Notes: generated by a model not told the origin, from the letters alone. Positions 12,829-25,620 are shown, counted from the stretch's first letter. The stretch is DNA of 64,000 bases from Perna viridis (GCA_037379345.1 CM074518.1:5518001-5582000); one strand, 5' to 3'. Program-made: numbers and translations.

Positions 12829-13391
12829 TGCATTTTAATATGACCTCTATTTTTCTCTTTTAATCCATAAATCTTAATTAAAATCGTAATTTATGAACAC
12901 AAATTACTGCCTTACTACAAATACGACTTGGATAAAAAAAAAACATACAAGCAAACGTAAAAACGAAAGTTCCAAAATATAAAAAAAAAAAACAAACAAA
13001 CAAACAAGTATTTATTGTACATTTACAAAATACAATGAGTTTAACAATTAAATTATCACCAATTAATGTCACAGTTTAAATACGTAGTTATTACGTTAAT
13101 AATCAAATAGGCATTCTTTTAATAGATGTTACATTTCTGTCTTTTAATATTCCATTATCACTACTCATCAAATAAAAGTTTTTTTCTATAAGGTTGTGGA
13201 AACTTCTTGAAATTAGTACATTTCTTTTTATTTATATTGCCAAATTTAATGTCATCTCCTACCAATTGAAATGTAATAAACACGGATTTATTAATTTTTT
13301 TATGATTCTGAATCAATTGCTGACAATAACATTTACTTTTTCTAATTTAAAAACGTCAATGAGTCCTAAAATATTATAGACTTTGATGTTC

Positions 13392-13777
13392 TTATTTCAC
13401 TTTAATGATATTGAACATCGAGTACAACCCACCACGTACAGTAAAAGATGTACCACCAGTCTCTACCCACACCGTATCGATGGTTTGTAGTTCTATAGTT
13501 ATGATGGTGGTAGAGGAATGCCCCCAATTATCCTGTTGATATTTGTAACTCCTAGTGTACACGTTCCCGTTCACACAGACAGAGAATTCCAATCCCTTCA
13601 TCTCCAACACAACAGTAGTAGATACCAGATACAGACCGTCCTTTTCGCACGCAAACTTACCAGTGTTTTTATAACCAGACAGATTGTTGATACTGGTACT
13701 GTACTCCACGTTAGTAAACTTTATTATACTGCCAACACTTTAGCCAAAATCACTTGGTGCAAATGCTGTAAATGCAA
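13392..13777 (-). pseudogene. C1q-domain exon (C1qDC), copy A, premature stop
   Basis: Acceptor ttttcag, phase 1, then (V)AFTAFAPSDFG*SVGSIIKFTNVEY...GKFACEKDGLYLVS...DTVWVE...YSMFNIIKVK*. TAA at 13740-13742. Confidence 0.85.
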
Positions 13778-14000
13778 CTGAAAAGATAAAAAGCACAGTT
13801 TAAGTAGATAAATTGTGACTGAGATGATTTTATGTGCTTTTATATGCTTTGTAGAAATTTGCCTGTCTTGACAAAACCATCATAAAGAACTTTTTTTCAA
13901 TAATACTAGGTATAGACATATTTTAAGGAAAAAGACATATCTCTATATGTAAACTCATTACAAAGAAATACATAATGTGGTTCCTGGTAATAAAACATTA

Positions 14001-14157
14001 TAGTCAAATCTGTCTTAACGACCACCAGTGTTCAGCAACAACCTTTAAATACTACATTGTATGATCGAAATGACCTTTTATTGTTGAAGTTAATCTGTAT
14101 ATTAAGACCACTAGTCATATGTGACCATGATTTTCCATGATAAGCCAGGGTTCACTG
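14001..14157. mobile_element. degenerate Tc1/pogo-like MITE
   Basis: ta|TAGTCAAATCTG ... CAGGGTTCACTG|ta, with internal gaccac repeats. Confidence 0.5.
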
Positions 14158-15530
14158 TATATCATTACTGTAGACCATAGCTATATTCATATATTCAATA
14201 GTAAAATTATTGAACATAATCCTTATAGTGACTCTGCCTCTAGTTGGTCCAATAAATTTTTCATGAAGATTGTTTAATTGTATTGTATAACTACAACGGA
14301 ACACTCTAAAAATTTTGAAACTTTGAATGAACTTACAAAAAAGGATTATATGATGTGCTATGGTAAAAATTGAAAATGTCTTTTTACAACCGAATACCAT
14401 AAACTTATTTTTAGTTTTTTATTTAAAGAAACTATCGAAATGAATAAATCGGTGCATTTTCTACATTTACTTGCGTGAAAAGACTTGCTTCACAATGCAA
14501 GTGACTACGAACTTGTATCATTCATAGCAACAAACACATATCACAAATCATGCAAGTATCAATTTCGAAATATTTAACATGGAAAATAATTGAAATTCTT
14601 AATTTTCGACGTACGTTTTTGTCAACAATCTATTGAAAAACCTTAAAAATACAAAATCCTCAATTCTATACTCAGTTTTTTGTAAGCATGAATTACATTG
14701 AACTTGCCAAATATAAGGCCAAGTTCAAGATACTACATGTTTATACTCTGACATTTGGTTAAAAATACTTATATTTACAAAGATATACAAATTATGACAG
14801 AACTTGCATTCCTGGCTGGTGTATCTGTCTACATATACTGACCATCCTCTCTTCAAATACTAAATGACATTTCAAACTAGCTGATATCATGTTTGTGTTT
14901 ATGTACCAAATGAAAGACATATGTAAAACAATCATCAATAAGTTCCACATAATAGGCACGATCTGTATCTCAAGTTCACGTGAAGTTAGTAACTTTTATC
15001 TTGACTTTTTCTGTAAATCAACAAAATATTAAAATACGTTATTTCTCTAAACCCATAACACAGTTACAGAGCGTATATATAACATAACACACACATTTAC
15101 ATAACATATGTGAAATAGGAATATAGATAAGTATTAACATGGAGGACTGACTTGCACATTGATTATCTTAATAAATTTACAAAACTTTCCCGAAACTAAC
15201 TAGGTTTGTAGATTAAAATAATATTTCAAATTTGTACATGCTAATTCTATTATAGTACAACACAGATATTGTTCTATAATAGACCTCTCTTTTAGTAAAG
15301 CTTCGCATGTAAAAATAAAATGATACTCACCACCAATGTCAGAATAACAAAGATTGCATTTTCTATTATTTCCTAATATACCCCGCCATCGTTCTGATTC
15401 AACAGACAGTTGATGACTATCGCATCTACATTTTCAAAGAAAATGTATAACATATTAAATGGCAGCAATGATAAATGTTTATTAGTGTTGTAAAATCATA
15501 AATTAATAATTCATATCACCATTTATATAC

Positions 15531-15768
15531 GCGGCAACTCGGTGGTTGTTTCTAGAAAGCAGAGGACGCTTATCCTACCGGTGCACCTGGTCCATGCTCC
15601 CAGTTTTTAGTGCAGTCCGAGTTGATCATTTGCTTTTATTACTTTGTATATATGATTTTAGTTACTTTATGTTATTTGTTGTGAATGTCTGTTTTCTATG
15701 TCTGATGTTTGTCCCTGGATTACATTCGTTTGATTACCGCTGTAACCTTGGGTCCCTTGATTACTCTT
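15531..15768 (+). repeat. 3' tail segment of Penelope-like element
   Basis: Near-identical to 21190-21420 and 26045-26284, which directly follow the PLE ORF end. Confidence 0.75.
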
Positions 15769-16419
15769 TAAACAAACGTTTTGGTTAGACTGCATTTCAA
15801 ATGATGTATCAGTTAACTAGAAAATACAAATAATGGGAAAAATGAAAAAAAGAAAAACAAGCGGAAAACATCAACATGAACTAAGACGAAGAATAAGATT
15901 CATTGCAAAGCACGAAGGAACCAAAATTTACATTCAGAATAAACAGTACGAACCCACTAAAAATGGAAGATTACTTCTGATGATTCGGAAGGGTCATTTG
16001 TTCCTGCTTCTTCCTCCTTTAAGGGTCAGATGAAAGAGGAAGAATTTCTATGACAGATGAAAGTTGTCATTTGGGAAACGGACTATCCATATTCATTTAA
16101 TCATCATCAATTTATCAAACAATAACCTCAAAAACAACAACAGTAATACCACTAAGAAAAGAAGGTGGCTCTAGATGTTCCGGAAGGATAATTTATGTAT
16201 AATCCTTGTGGAATGTCAGGTACGGTGAGAAAGATGGAAGTCGTCTGTCATACAGGTAATCTATTGGCAATTCTCCCTTGTCGTTTAGTAATCAATGATA
16301 ATCATTTTGTGGTCATATTTTACAATTTGTGGAATTGCTAAAATACAATAGTGAAAGTTTCCATACTGTATGTAACAATGCATTTTTACGACAATTAGTC
16401 ACGTCTTAATATACGGTTA

Positions 16420-16813
16420 TCATTTCATTTTAATGATACTGAACATCGAATATAACCCTCCACGTACACTAGTTTTTCAACCACCAGTCTGTACCCACAC
16501 CGTATCGTTGGTGTATGGTTCTATAGCTATGATTGCTGTAGAGGAGTGCCACCAGTAAGACTCTTGATGTTTATAACTCTGGGTGTACATCTTCCCGTTG
16601 ACATAAGTATAAAATTCTCCGTCGTTCCAGCTATACATCACAGTCGCAGATATCAGGTACAGGCCGTCTTTCTCACACACAAACTTACCGCTACTTTTAT
16701 AACCAGATAGATTGTTGATACCGGTACTGAACTTCACGTTGGTAAACTTTATTATACTGCCCACTTCGACATCATCTATATTTGATTGCACAAATGCGGT
16801 GAATGCAACGCAA
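16420..16813 (-). pseudogene. C1q-domain exon (C1qDC), copy B, frameshift plus premature stop
   Basis: Paralog of copy A (IIKFTNV..STGINNLSGYK.SGKF.CEKDGLYL). A 5-bp duplication (gttgc) just after the acceptor shifts frame. In-frame TGA at 16477-16479 precedes KTSVRGGLYSMFSIIKMK*. Confidence 0.85.
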
Positions 16814-17254
16814 CTGAAAAATATATAAATAGATTTATTGTATATCTTTAAATTGTGAAAGTTGTTTTTGTATTTCTAAAACATAAAACGTATTACTAGA
16901 TACTTTGTCGGCTGTATCGGTATTTACAAACACTTTGACCAGTAAACAATTCTATGGAAACATTTTGATATTAAGTTATTCTGTTTATGATATTAGATCA
17001 TATGGGAATGTGTTTGATCGGCGAATCCCCCTTTTTTTTTTGCATCACGACCAACACTCAGAGTCAATATTTGATAACCAGGAAACCGAAAAAAACGAAA
17101 GTAAAAGACATGTGACAATTTGGAAGATAAAACTTCAAGGATAGTGTCAAAACTGAGAATAGTGTATCAATCTGTAATTAAGTTGATAACAATAGACAAT
17201 TATATCAAGTTGAATGATTAACTAAGGACATTCAAAAAATCATTTATGAAAATG

Positions 17255-17890
17255 GACATTTAAAAAATAATAGTAATATATACATAAACCACCCTAAACA
17301 AACATTAAAAGATAATGCAGATAGGTAATGAACGATAATCTTTAAAGTCCCTCCAAAACAATAAATACTGACAATGCAATTTATAGTTATATGTTCATGA
17401 GAATCATTAGGTAATTGGACAGTCGTATGTTTTTGATCCCCCATGCTTCACCACTCTTTATCTACCTTTGTGACCATGGACAAGTCGATCGTCACAAGGA
17501 AAGATGATCACACCGGTCACCACATAGATAAACCAGGCATTGCAATGAATATCACAGTCATTGAGTATAACATCATTTATCAGAATGTTCTTTTGAGTTT
17601 CGTTCCATTTTAAATTTAATTACTGCAAATTTTCTTTCTTGCTTTCATTATATCTAACACATTTTTGCAATAAAAACAAACGTGAACAAACTTCCATTGT
17701 TTCGTGTATACATCTCGTTGTACAAATACCGGTAATTCAAATCATCAATGTGACTGCTCGTTGTCTGGATCAACAGTGCATTTGGTGACAATACAGAATG
17801 TTGGTAATTGGTGTTAGTAAACGATCGTGAGTTCATTATTGCCATTGTTGCAGATATGATTGTTTCTAAATCCTCATGCATGATTCTATC
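17255..17890 (-). pseudogene. partial diverged duplicate of the GPCR-like remnant at 26.9-27.4 kb
   Basis: Colinear nucleotide similarity to 26884-27425 (aaccaccctaaa, tttaaagtccctc, aaacgtgaacaaacttcca, gagttcattattgccattgttgcag). Confidence 0.5.
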
Positions 17891-19190
17891 ATGTCTCGCA
17901 TAAAGGGAATATTGTCGAGGTTACGCCTTACTATTCCTAATAGCCTCTCTAATCAACCACCCATATAAGACAAGTAGGTGGTATACAATTTCCATAATAT
18001 AGAATTCAGTTTTCTGTTATCAACAAGGCAGCTTTCAAACCAAGTTCATTTACGGAGCTTCTGTCAGTAATAATCTCTTTGGGGGGGCTTCTGAATGTAG
18101 TGAAACGTATACGTCGTTACAGCAGAGAAGTGCAATAATACAAAGGCAAGTATGTAACAAGACCAAAACAATAGAAGAGAACACGGCAAATTGCCAGTCC
18201 CTCTGTAATGCGTCAAATGAGATGATCTTGATAAAAGAACATCACAAATAATATAAGGAAAGAAGTGCCATCACTGAAGCAGTTGTCATTTGCCGTATTT
18301 TGTAGGCAAATTGCTTATCCAAATGTTAATGTCTGGACCAGATCTTACAAACAGTTTTGTTAGAATTCCCATACGGTTTAGGAAGAACTCTGTACCATTT
18401 ACAGAAAATCTCGAATATGTGTTTTATCAGTTCAAAAACTTCATGTATTTGACCAGAAGTTTCGTTTTGATTGTACACCCCATATACCGGTTACTACCAG
18501 TGTTCCTTGTCATCAGAACAACCGGCTGCAAATTCTGCTTGATTGATAAAAACTGTCCATGAAATGTTTAAAATATTCAGCTTTGACTAAGTCTTTTCTA
18601 AAACTAATATCTAACATAAGTGTGCCTCCAGGCTTGGGTTTATTGTTAGGCAATATTGTTTCAGACTCACGAAAAGGCACTGGAGCTGTTGTAAATGAAA
18701 TAACAATCATTCATCAACTTAAAAAAATCTTCTTCTGACAAATAATATAGTCATCAGATGTTCTCATAAAAATATCATAATTCTCCTTAACGTCAAAGCT
18801 TAGGGTGCACAACGGAAAAATCGTGCCGTTGACATTGATACTTGTTTTGCGAATAATTGCTGAAGGTGGATGTACGTTTCCCAAACAATTACAACCCTTC
18901 TTCATGGTAATTGTTGTGCATAAGGTTTCCCTAACACTTAATCCAAAATTTTATGCACTTAGAAATATCAAGGTCAACTAAAAGTTCTACTTTTGAACTT
19001 GAAAGTTTCCTTGCAATTCTATTAAGTGGGATAGGAGAATTAATGAATGTCCCCATATTACGAAAACCAGAGTACATGTTTTCTTTTTGGAAACCCCCAA
19101 ATTGATTTGGATCAAAATCTAAAATAGAAAGTGCACAATGGGAACATTGATAAAGATTATTTGAAAGTTTCATTCAATTCCATTTATTGG
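17885..19190 (-). mobile_element. Bel/Pao LTR retrotransposon pol remnants, rearranged
   Basis: On -: APVPFRESETILPNNK...SFRKD, then W**PVYGVYN...GQIHEVF, and integrase-like SYMGG*LERLLGIVRRNLDNI at ~17.9 kb. On +: MLMSGPDLTNSFVRIPIRFRKNSV...VFYQF (18290-18435). Confidence 0.75.
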
Positions 19191-19320
19191 TGCACGAGAA
19201 GATGTCCCCCAGGTAACGGAAGAAAGAAAGGCAGAACGGATTGCATATCACTACATACTTCCCACTTAGCAGTGGGGGTATAATAATAATAATTCAATAT
19301 ATGAAATTATTGAAACATAC

Positions 19321-20261
19321 CCTTTTCAGCATTAACATCAATGTGTTGCTGCAGCAGTCCATGTGTCCTATTCGCCTGTTTCGTTGATTCCTCCACCATT
19401 CTTTCTATATCTTTTACTGACCGATTATGTCTTAATTCCATATTGCTAAACTGGTTGCCTATTGTCCAGTTTAAATGCATTAGAGTTGTTGTTTGATTCT
19501 GTACGAGTTCTTGCAAACGTCGGTCAACACGAGAGTCTAGATAGGTTAATCTTCCCTTTGTTTCTACAGTTATGTTGTACAACGCCAGGAAGTCCTGATT
19601 CCGGGCTTGTTCCTTCTGACTCAATGTATTGGTCTGACTGGTCAAGGTATGCACGGTCTGTTGGAGGGTGTCGATCTCCTGTAACGGCTTGATACTGGAC
19701 AACTGCTTTAGTGCTGACACTTTTTTCCAAATATTATTCGTGATGTTTTTAACCAAGTTTATCTCTGTTGCCTGTTGAAAAACTCATTACGGAATGATTT
19801 TTGATTTGCCGTGTTCACTTCTATTTGTTTTGTCTTGTAATTTACAATTTACTTGACCTTCAATTTTTGCATTACTTTGCTGTAATGAAGCGTACTGTTG
19901 ACTAGAATATCATGAGCGTATTCGAGGGTCAAGTACTTCTGTTGTAACGACAAGAGTTCAAGTTTCGTTTCGTTCAGTTTTGATTCAACTTTGCTGATAT
20001 CTGGTTTCTGCTCAAGACTTGTTAAACGCGTTTGAAGTTGAGAAGTAAGCACGGCAAATTGTTGCTTCATATCGTGACGTAATTTATCCGTGTGTTGTTG
20101 ATGAAAATTTATTTCCTGTTGCTGCAACTTTTCCTCCATAAACTCAGCAACTGTAAGATATTGCCCTGATGACAGAGTGTGGTAGCCGTTCCCCTGCGAA
20201 GTAGCAGAAACCCATCCATGAAAGTGACCAAAAACGTGATATACAATAAAACTAACATCAT
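19321..20261 (-). pseudogene. C1qDC exon 1 (signal peptide plus coiled coil), copy B, frameshifted
   Basis: Signal peptide MMLVLLYITFLVTFMDGFLL, then a frameshift, GQYLTVAEFMEEK...QQFAVLTSQLQ..., a further stop/shift, and EQARNQDFLALYN...NAEK G|gtatgt. The phase-1 donor matches the C1q exons. Confidence 0.8.
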
Positions 20262-20889
20262 TTGGTAAGTCATATGCATAACGTTGACGAACAAGGCAAC
20301 TCTATTGAAATGATTTCATAGCCTAATATATTTATTCATCACAATGTAAATATTCGTAGTGTTACTATCTTTTAACAATGATTAAATAGGCAGTCGATAA
20401 GGGTAATCATTTCCGATGTATGTATGGGTTTTGGTATCTGTATACAATTAATACATGTATTTTTATTTTGAGCTTCCAAAGTAATTGGCTCTAGTGCTGC
20501 TGGTGAGAGGATAATTCTTGAAACACGTATAAAGCATACCGAAATTTGCAATTTTGTTTTATTTGAATAGAAATCAATTGGTTCATGCCATTGCTAGTGG
20601 ATCATAAGTCTGGGCTTTCCTAAAATGTTCACCTGCTTAGTAGGCAGACTTGCATATCTGATTTGAACATGATTGTATATTTTTCCCGAATTTTGCAGTA
20701 ATGTGAAATTCGAAACCCCTATATGCATGCTACTATTATTACATATTGTAGAACATTTGGTGCTGGATTTGGCTTTCGTTTTCGATAGTCTTGGTTTTTG
20801 AGTTCTTGTATACAATTTACTTTTGGATTTGGAACTTCCTTAGCATTTATTTGTAACGCTGTCGATGAGAGATCCTTTCTTTCTTTCAT

Positions 20890-21420
20890 CTGTGACAACA
20901 TCCCTTCAGTACATGCGTATGGAATGTTCATATCATAACTCATACGTTATGCTAGAGCTTGTCGAAACTGCACAGAATTTTTGTATCGCGCGCTAGACGT
21001 CTAACAAATAGGCTTCTGGAACAGAGTTATGTTGCTACAAGACTGAAGTCATCACTACAGAAGTTTTATGGTGGTCATCATGAACTCATGGATCGCTATG
21101 GTGTATCCATCTGCGCCATGAAAACTGATTTGTTCAACGTATTATAGTTTTCCATTTCTCTTTCGTCTACCGCGGACATGACTTTTTATGGACAACTCGG
21201 CGTGTGTTTCTAGAAAAGCAGAGGACACTTCATCTACCAGTGCACCTGGTCTATGCTCCAAGGTTTTAGTGGAGTCCGAGTTGGTCATTTGCTTTTGTTG
21301 CTTTGAATGTATCATTTTAGTTATTTTATGTTCTTTGTTGTGTGTGCCTGTTTTCCATGTCTGGTCTTTGTCTGAATACATTGATTTGATTTCCGCTATA
21401 ACCATGGTTCCCTTACTTTT
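20890..21420 (+). mobile_element. Penelope-like retroelement fragment (RT C-terminus plus 3' tail)
   Basis: NIPSVHAYGMFIS*LIRYARAC / RARRLTNRLLEQSYVATRLKSSLQKFYG followed by the repeated tail. Confidence 0.7.
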
Positions 21421-21479
21421 TCTACACTTCCAAAACATTTCAAGTGACCCTTGCCCTACCGGTACAACAGGTTAAGATT

Positions 21480-21996
21480 CCCTGTTTTAGAGGAGAATGA
21501 GTCGTCCATTTCAACTTTCTATCAATGCGTTGTTCGTGCTTTCTGTCACCAGTTAAAAAACTTGTGTCGTGTGTTTCATGAAAGATAGGTATACTAATAA
21601 CAGTATTGTGTCATCAGAGAATAATTATTTCTGGTTCTTGGTTATAATTGGATAATTTCATGTCTTAATCAGAGGATATGTCGCAAAGAGCTAAGATTTG
21701 TTTCATTAAGTTTGGAATCAATAGAGTGTGGGGTCTGTCCAAGGCCCTCAAACCGTTTTTGTACTTGTGCTGTTAGCACTGCAAACTGTTGGCGTATTTT
21801 ATCCGTTTATTAAACGATTTGTTGTTGTTGTAAAGACAACGCCTCCTTTTGGAGCTTTTTCTCCTCTAAGAACGCGGCAAATGTTGGTATTGTCCAGAAA
21901 AGTAAGTAAGCAAGGCTTCCGTTCCTATGTGGTCTATCAAGTAGAAAACCATCAGCGCGCATATGGCAATAACAGTAAAAACAAGAAAATGTGCAT
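21480..21996 (-). pseudogene. C1qDC exon 1, copy A, heavily degraded
   Basis: MHIFLFLLLL../ADGFLLDRPHRNG..TFAAFLEEKKLQ...**TDKIRQQFAVLTAQVQKRF...IDSKLNETNL aligns by eye with copy B (FMEEKLQ...TDKLR...QQFAVLTSQLQTRL...VESKLNETKL). Confidence 0.7.
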
Positions 21997-22199
21997 AAAA
22001 GGGGAAAATCAGCAAAATAGTGCTATTGACTTGTACGTTTTACAATGCAAAATTGATTTTTTAAATTTGTTTTTTAGTAGTCAGGATTTTACTCAATTCC
22101 CTTAGATCTCCACCTGACTATGGTGTACAGTGAGGTCTTAATGGAGAAATTATCAATAACATGCAAACATTTTATAGATACATATAACATATTTACAAA

Positions 22200-25100
22200 A
22201 TACCATGAAAAAAAGAGTAAATATATTCTATTTGCGTTCTCACATCACACCTACTACTCATTCATTGTAATATATAAATTTGCACTGCAATGTATCTAAA
22301 GAACAAAAGTTCAACTGGAATAAAACTCAAGAAAGAAAGAAAAGAGAAATTGATAAATAATAACAAAAAATTCCTGTATAGTAAAATTATGATGGAAAAA
22401 TAGCTTGTAAAGGAGCCAAATTTTTCAAATTTATCTAATGTGCAAGTTTTATTTGCGACATAACTTTCAAGAGATTGGTACTGTCTAATACGGTTGAGGA
22501 GGCCAACCATTTTTGGTATAATTTCCTTTAATTTACATATAATTATAAACAAAAAATTAGAAAATAAATCTTCTGAAGGAAACCCTAATAATACTTGCTA
22601 CTTAGTAAATACAAAATCTCTGTTGTACAAATGTATTAGATGCAAAAATGATGATAAGAAATATTTTGTGAAATGACAATCATAAAATATATGTTCGATG
22701 GTTTCTTCATCTAGTTTACAAAAAAGAACACAGATTGCTTGGCTTTAGCTTGATCCTATATAGGAAGGAATTTGTAGGAATAATATGAAGTGGTAATTTG
22801 CATTAAAAACTTCTCAGATAACTGTCAGAACAACATGTTTTTGTTAAAATGAAGTATTTTTGCCAGTCTACAGTTTCTGATTCTAAAAGTTCTTCCCATT
22901 TCAAAACTTTTTCTATTGGCTGACAAAACATGTTACTAATAAGATGACTGTATAAAAACTTGGGTGTTTTTAACTTGAAGAAGCTGTTCAAGAAATGTGT
23001 CAGTTAAAAATAAACAAAAGTTTTCTCATTGCAGTGCTCTTTAACAAAAATCTTTATACTCTTTGGAATCTTTGATAGGAAACTATAGTAGCTCAAAAAG
23101 TTATCAGTGAAAATTTTGTTCTTGAACTCTTGAAATGTGAAAAATCTATTATTTTAAAGCTTATTATTTCCTTTGAAACTTGAACACCGTGGTGCTTCCA
23201 ACTGTCATATAACATAAAATCAAGCACAGGTACAAAGTTCAAAATATTTAGAGAAAGAATTTCTCTTGTACATGTCTTACAAACTGGCATCACTTTGTTC
23301 ATTGAAAAAAAATACATTTCTCCAAAAAGGATTGTGAATAGAAGTTGACAACTCTTTCAACTTTTCCTTTTGTAGAGAAAAACTCTTTCACCCCTAAACA
23401 TTCTTAAATCAGAGAGTAAGAGTGACTGCCATGCCCCCCCCCCCCACCTTCGTACCCAACCAATCTTTAAGCAATAAGCAAATGATTCCAAATGAAATCC
23501 TCCTTGCTGGAAATCTCCAATAAGTGCATTATACTTAATTCTCTCTGATTTCTCATTCCAAATAAAGTGAAAAAATAAAGAATTAATCTCATTTATACTA
23601 TTTAGACAAATTGGGTAAGGCTGTTAACAAATGTATAATTTTTGGAAGTGCAAGAGTTTTAATAACTGTAGCCTTACCAAGGAGTGTAAGCTTGATATGT
23701 TCTCAAGACTTCAATATACCAGATATTTCCTTCGAAAATTAATATGAAGCAAGTCATTTAAATTTAATGAAAATTCTAATCCCAGAACTTTAAAATTTAA
23801 GACTGACCATTGAAAGTTTTTATCAGAACATAATACATGATTGGAATTTTTTTTATTACCAACCTATATGGCTTTGGTTTTAGATACATTCATCTTTAAG
23901 CCAGAAGCCTTATAAAACAACTAAAATACATTTAAAGACTCTGATAAAGATTTCTCCTTGCCATCTAACATTAGGAATGTATCCTCTGCATATTGACTTA
24001 ATAAAATTTCTTTCTCTTGTACCTTAACACCATGAATATTTGGGTCTGATTCAAGTTTAATAGCTAATAGTTCAACACCTATAATAAACAGGTAAGGTGA
24101 CAATGGGTCCCCCTGTCTACAACCACGTTGAAGATTAAAGAAACTTGACAAATTACCATTATTTATTACACAGCTACGTAGAAAGTCTTGAACCACTTGC
24201 AAATTGATGGACCAAAATTAATACTTTTTAATGATGCAACTAGAACTTCTCATTCAATGGAAGCAATAGCTTTTTCAAAATCAATGAGTAACAGTAATCC
24301 TGGCATATGATATTCTAAATAGTGCATCAGATCATATAAGAGTCTAGTATTTTCTCCTATAAATCTATCTTTAATAAAAACCCTTTTGTGTGTCACTTAT
24401 GATATTGGGTAATATGGTTTTTAACTGATTTGCAATTGCCGCAGAGGCTATCTTCATGTCTGTATTTAACAAGCTAATAAGGCACCAATTTTTAATACAT
24501 TTCTTCTGTACTTACCATCTTTAGGAATACAAGTGATGACACTCTGATACTGGAAAGCAGAAAAATTACCTGTTTCATAACCAAAATGTCAGGATCGAAA
24601 CACAAGTGGTCCGATATCTTTCCAGAATAATTATAGAAATCAATGGTAAATCCATCTGACCCAGGACTTTTACCACTTGTCATATGTTTTAGTGCAAATG
24701 AACACTCATTAAATGTTATGTTACCCTCACAGATGTCACTTTGATATTGTATAAGTTTAACACCAAGCTTAAAAAAAAAACATTTCCACAACCAGAGTGT
24801 ATGCTTGAATACAAAGATTCATAAAAATTCTGTTGTTCAAGAAGAATTTTTGACTGCTCTGAAATATGTATTCCCTGATCAATCAACTCTGTTATTGTCT
24901 TTTTCATAATTTTTTTTTTCTAGCTTGTAAAAATATTGAGAGCATTTGTCCCCATTTTCGTGCCAGTTTGTATGTGATCGTAAAAGTAACCCCTCTATCC
25001 TTTTAGACCTCTGATTTTCTAGTCCTAACGTCTTCTCATTCAATAATGTTTGCAATTCTACACTGGGAGAGATGTTCATAGCATGCTCAATGTCTTGGAC

Positions 25101-25620
25101 CTGTTGTTCTATACTACAAGTAGCCTCTTAAGCTTGTTTGTTTTTAGTGATACTATACTATGAGTAATTCACAGAGTTCTGAGTTTCATCTTCAGGATTT
25201 CAAAAAAACAGCTGATGATTGTATGAGAAGGTAGCATCAAACAAATTAGTAATGTCACCAGAGAGATAATACTCAGAAACAGTGTCTCTTACACACTTTG
25301 TAACTAATGCAACATATTCTGAATCCCTCAATAGTTGGTAGTTACATTTCCAAAGTTCCCTTCCCCGTTTTACATGGCTAGCTGCAAGTGACATAATAAT
25401 GGCAGAGTGATCAGTTTTATAACCAGGAATAATCTTTGTGTTTTTCATAAGTGAAAAATATCTTCAGTTACTAAAAAATAGTCCAATCGACTTTGCTTTA
25501 TAGATGTAGGCTGACGCCAAGTAAACTTTTTTCTCATTAGGATGGAGTCGCCAATGATCAACTAACTTTTCAATAATTGCTTCAATCTTTTGGCGGCATT
25601 GTGGATTTCGATTAAGATAT
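22200..25620 (-). mobile_element. Tx1/L1-clade LINE ORF2, degraded, 5'-truncated
   Basis: Endonuclease end (FTWRQ..KQSRLDYFLV / PGYKTDHSAI), RT motifs (GKSPGSDGFTIDFY, RGCRQGDPLSPYLF, QYAEDT) and C-terminal Cys/His motif (FCKLDEETIEHIFYDC). Many stops and frameshifts. Confidence 0.9.

Noticed and set aside
13740-13742. Stop readthrough or selenocysteine rescue of C1q genes
   Set aside because: The stop in copy A is TAA, copy B also has a frameshift, and no SECIS was recognised.
15546-15788. Hydrophobic ORFs (also 21188, 26109, 26125, 30956, 30985)
   Set aside because: They are translations of the T-rich non-coding PLE tail repeat.
20488-20545. Hammerhead-ribozyme-like ctggtgag...gaaac
   Set aside because: Core CUGAUGA is mutated and the helices are not convincingly paired; at most a decayed relic.
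20594-20890. Possible LTR gag zinc-knuckle remnant on -
   Set aside because: The Cys/His pattern is not recoverable by eye.
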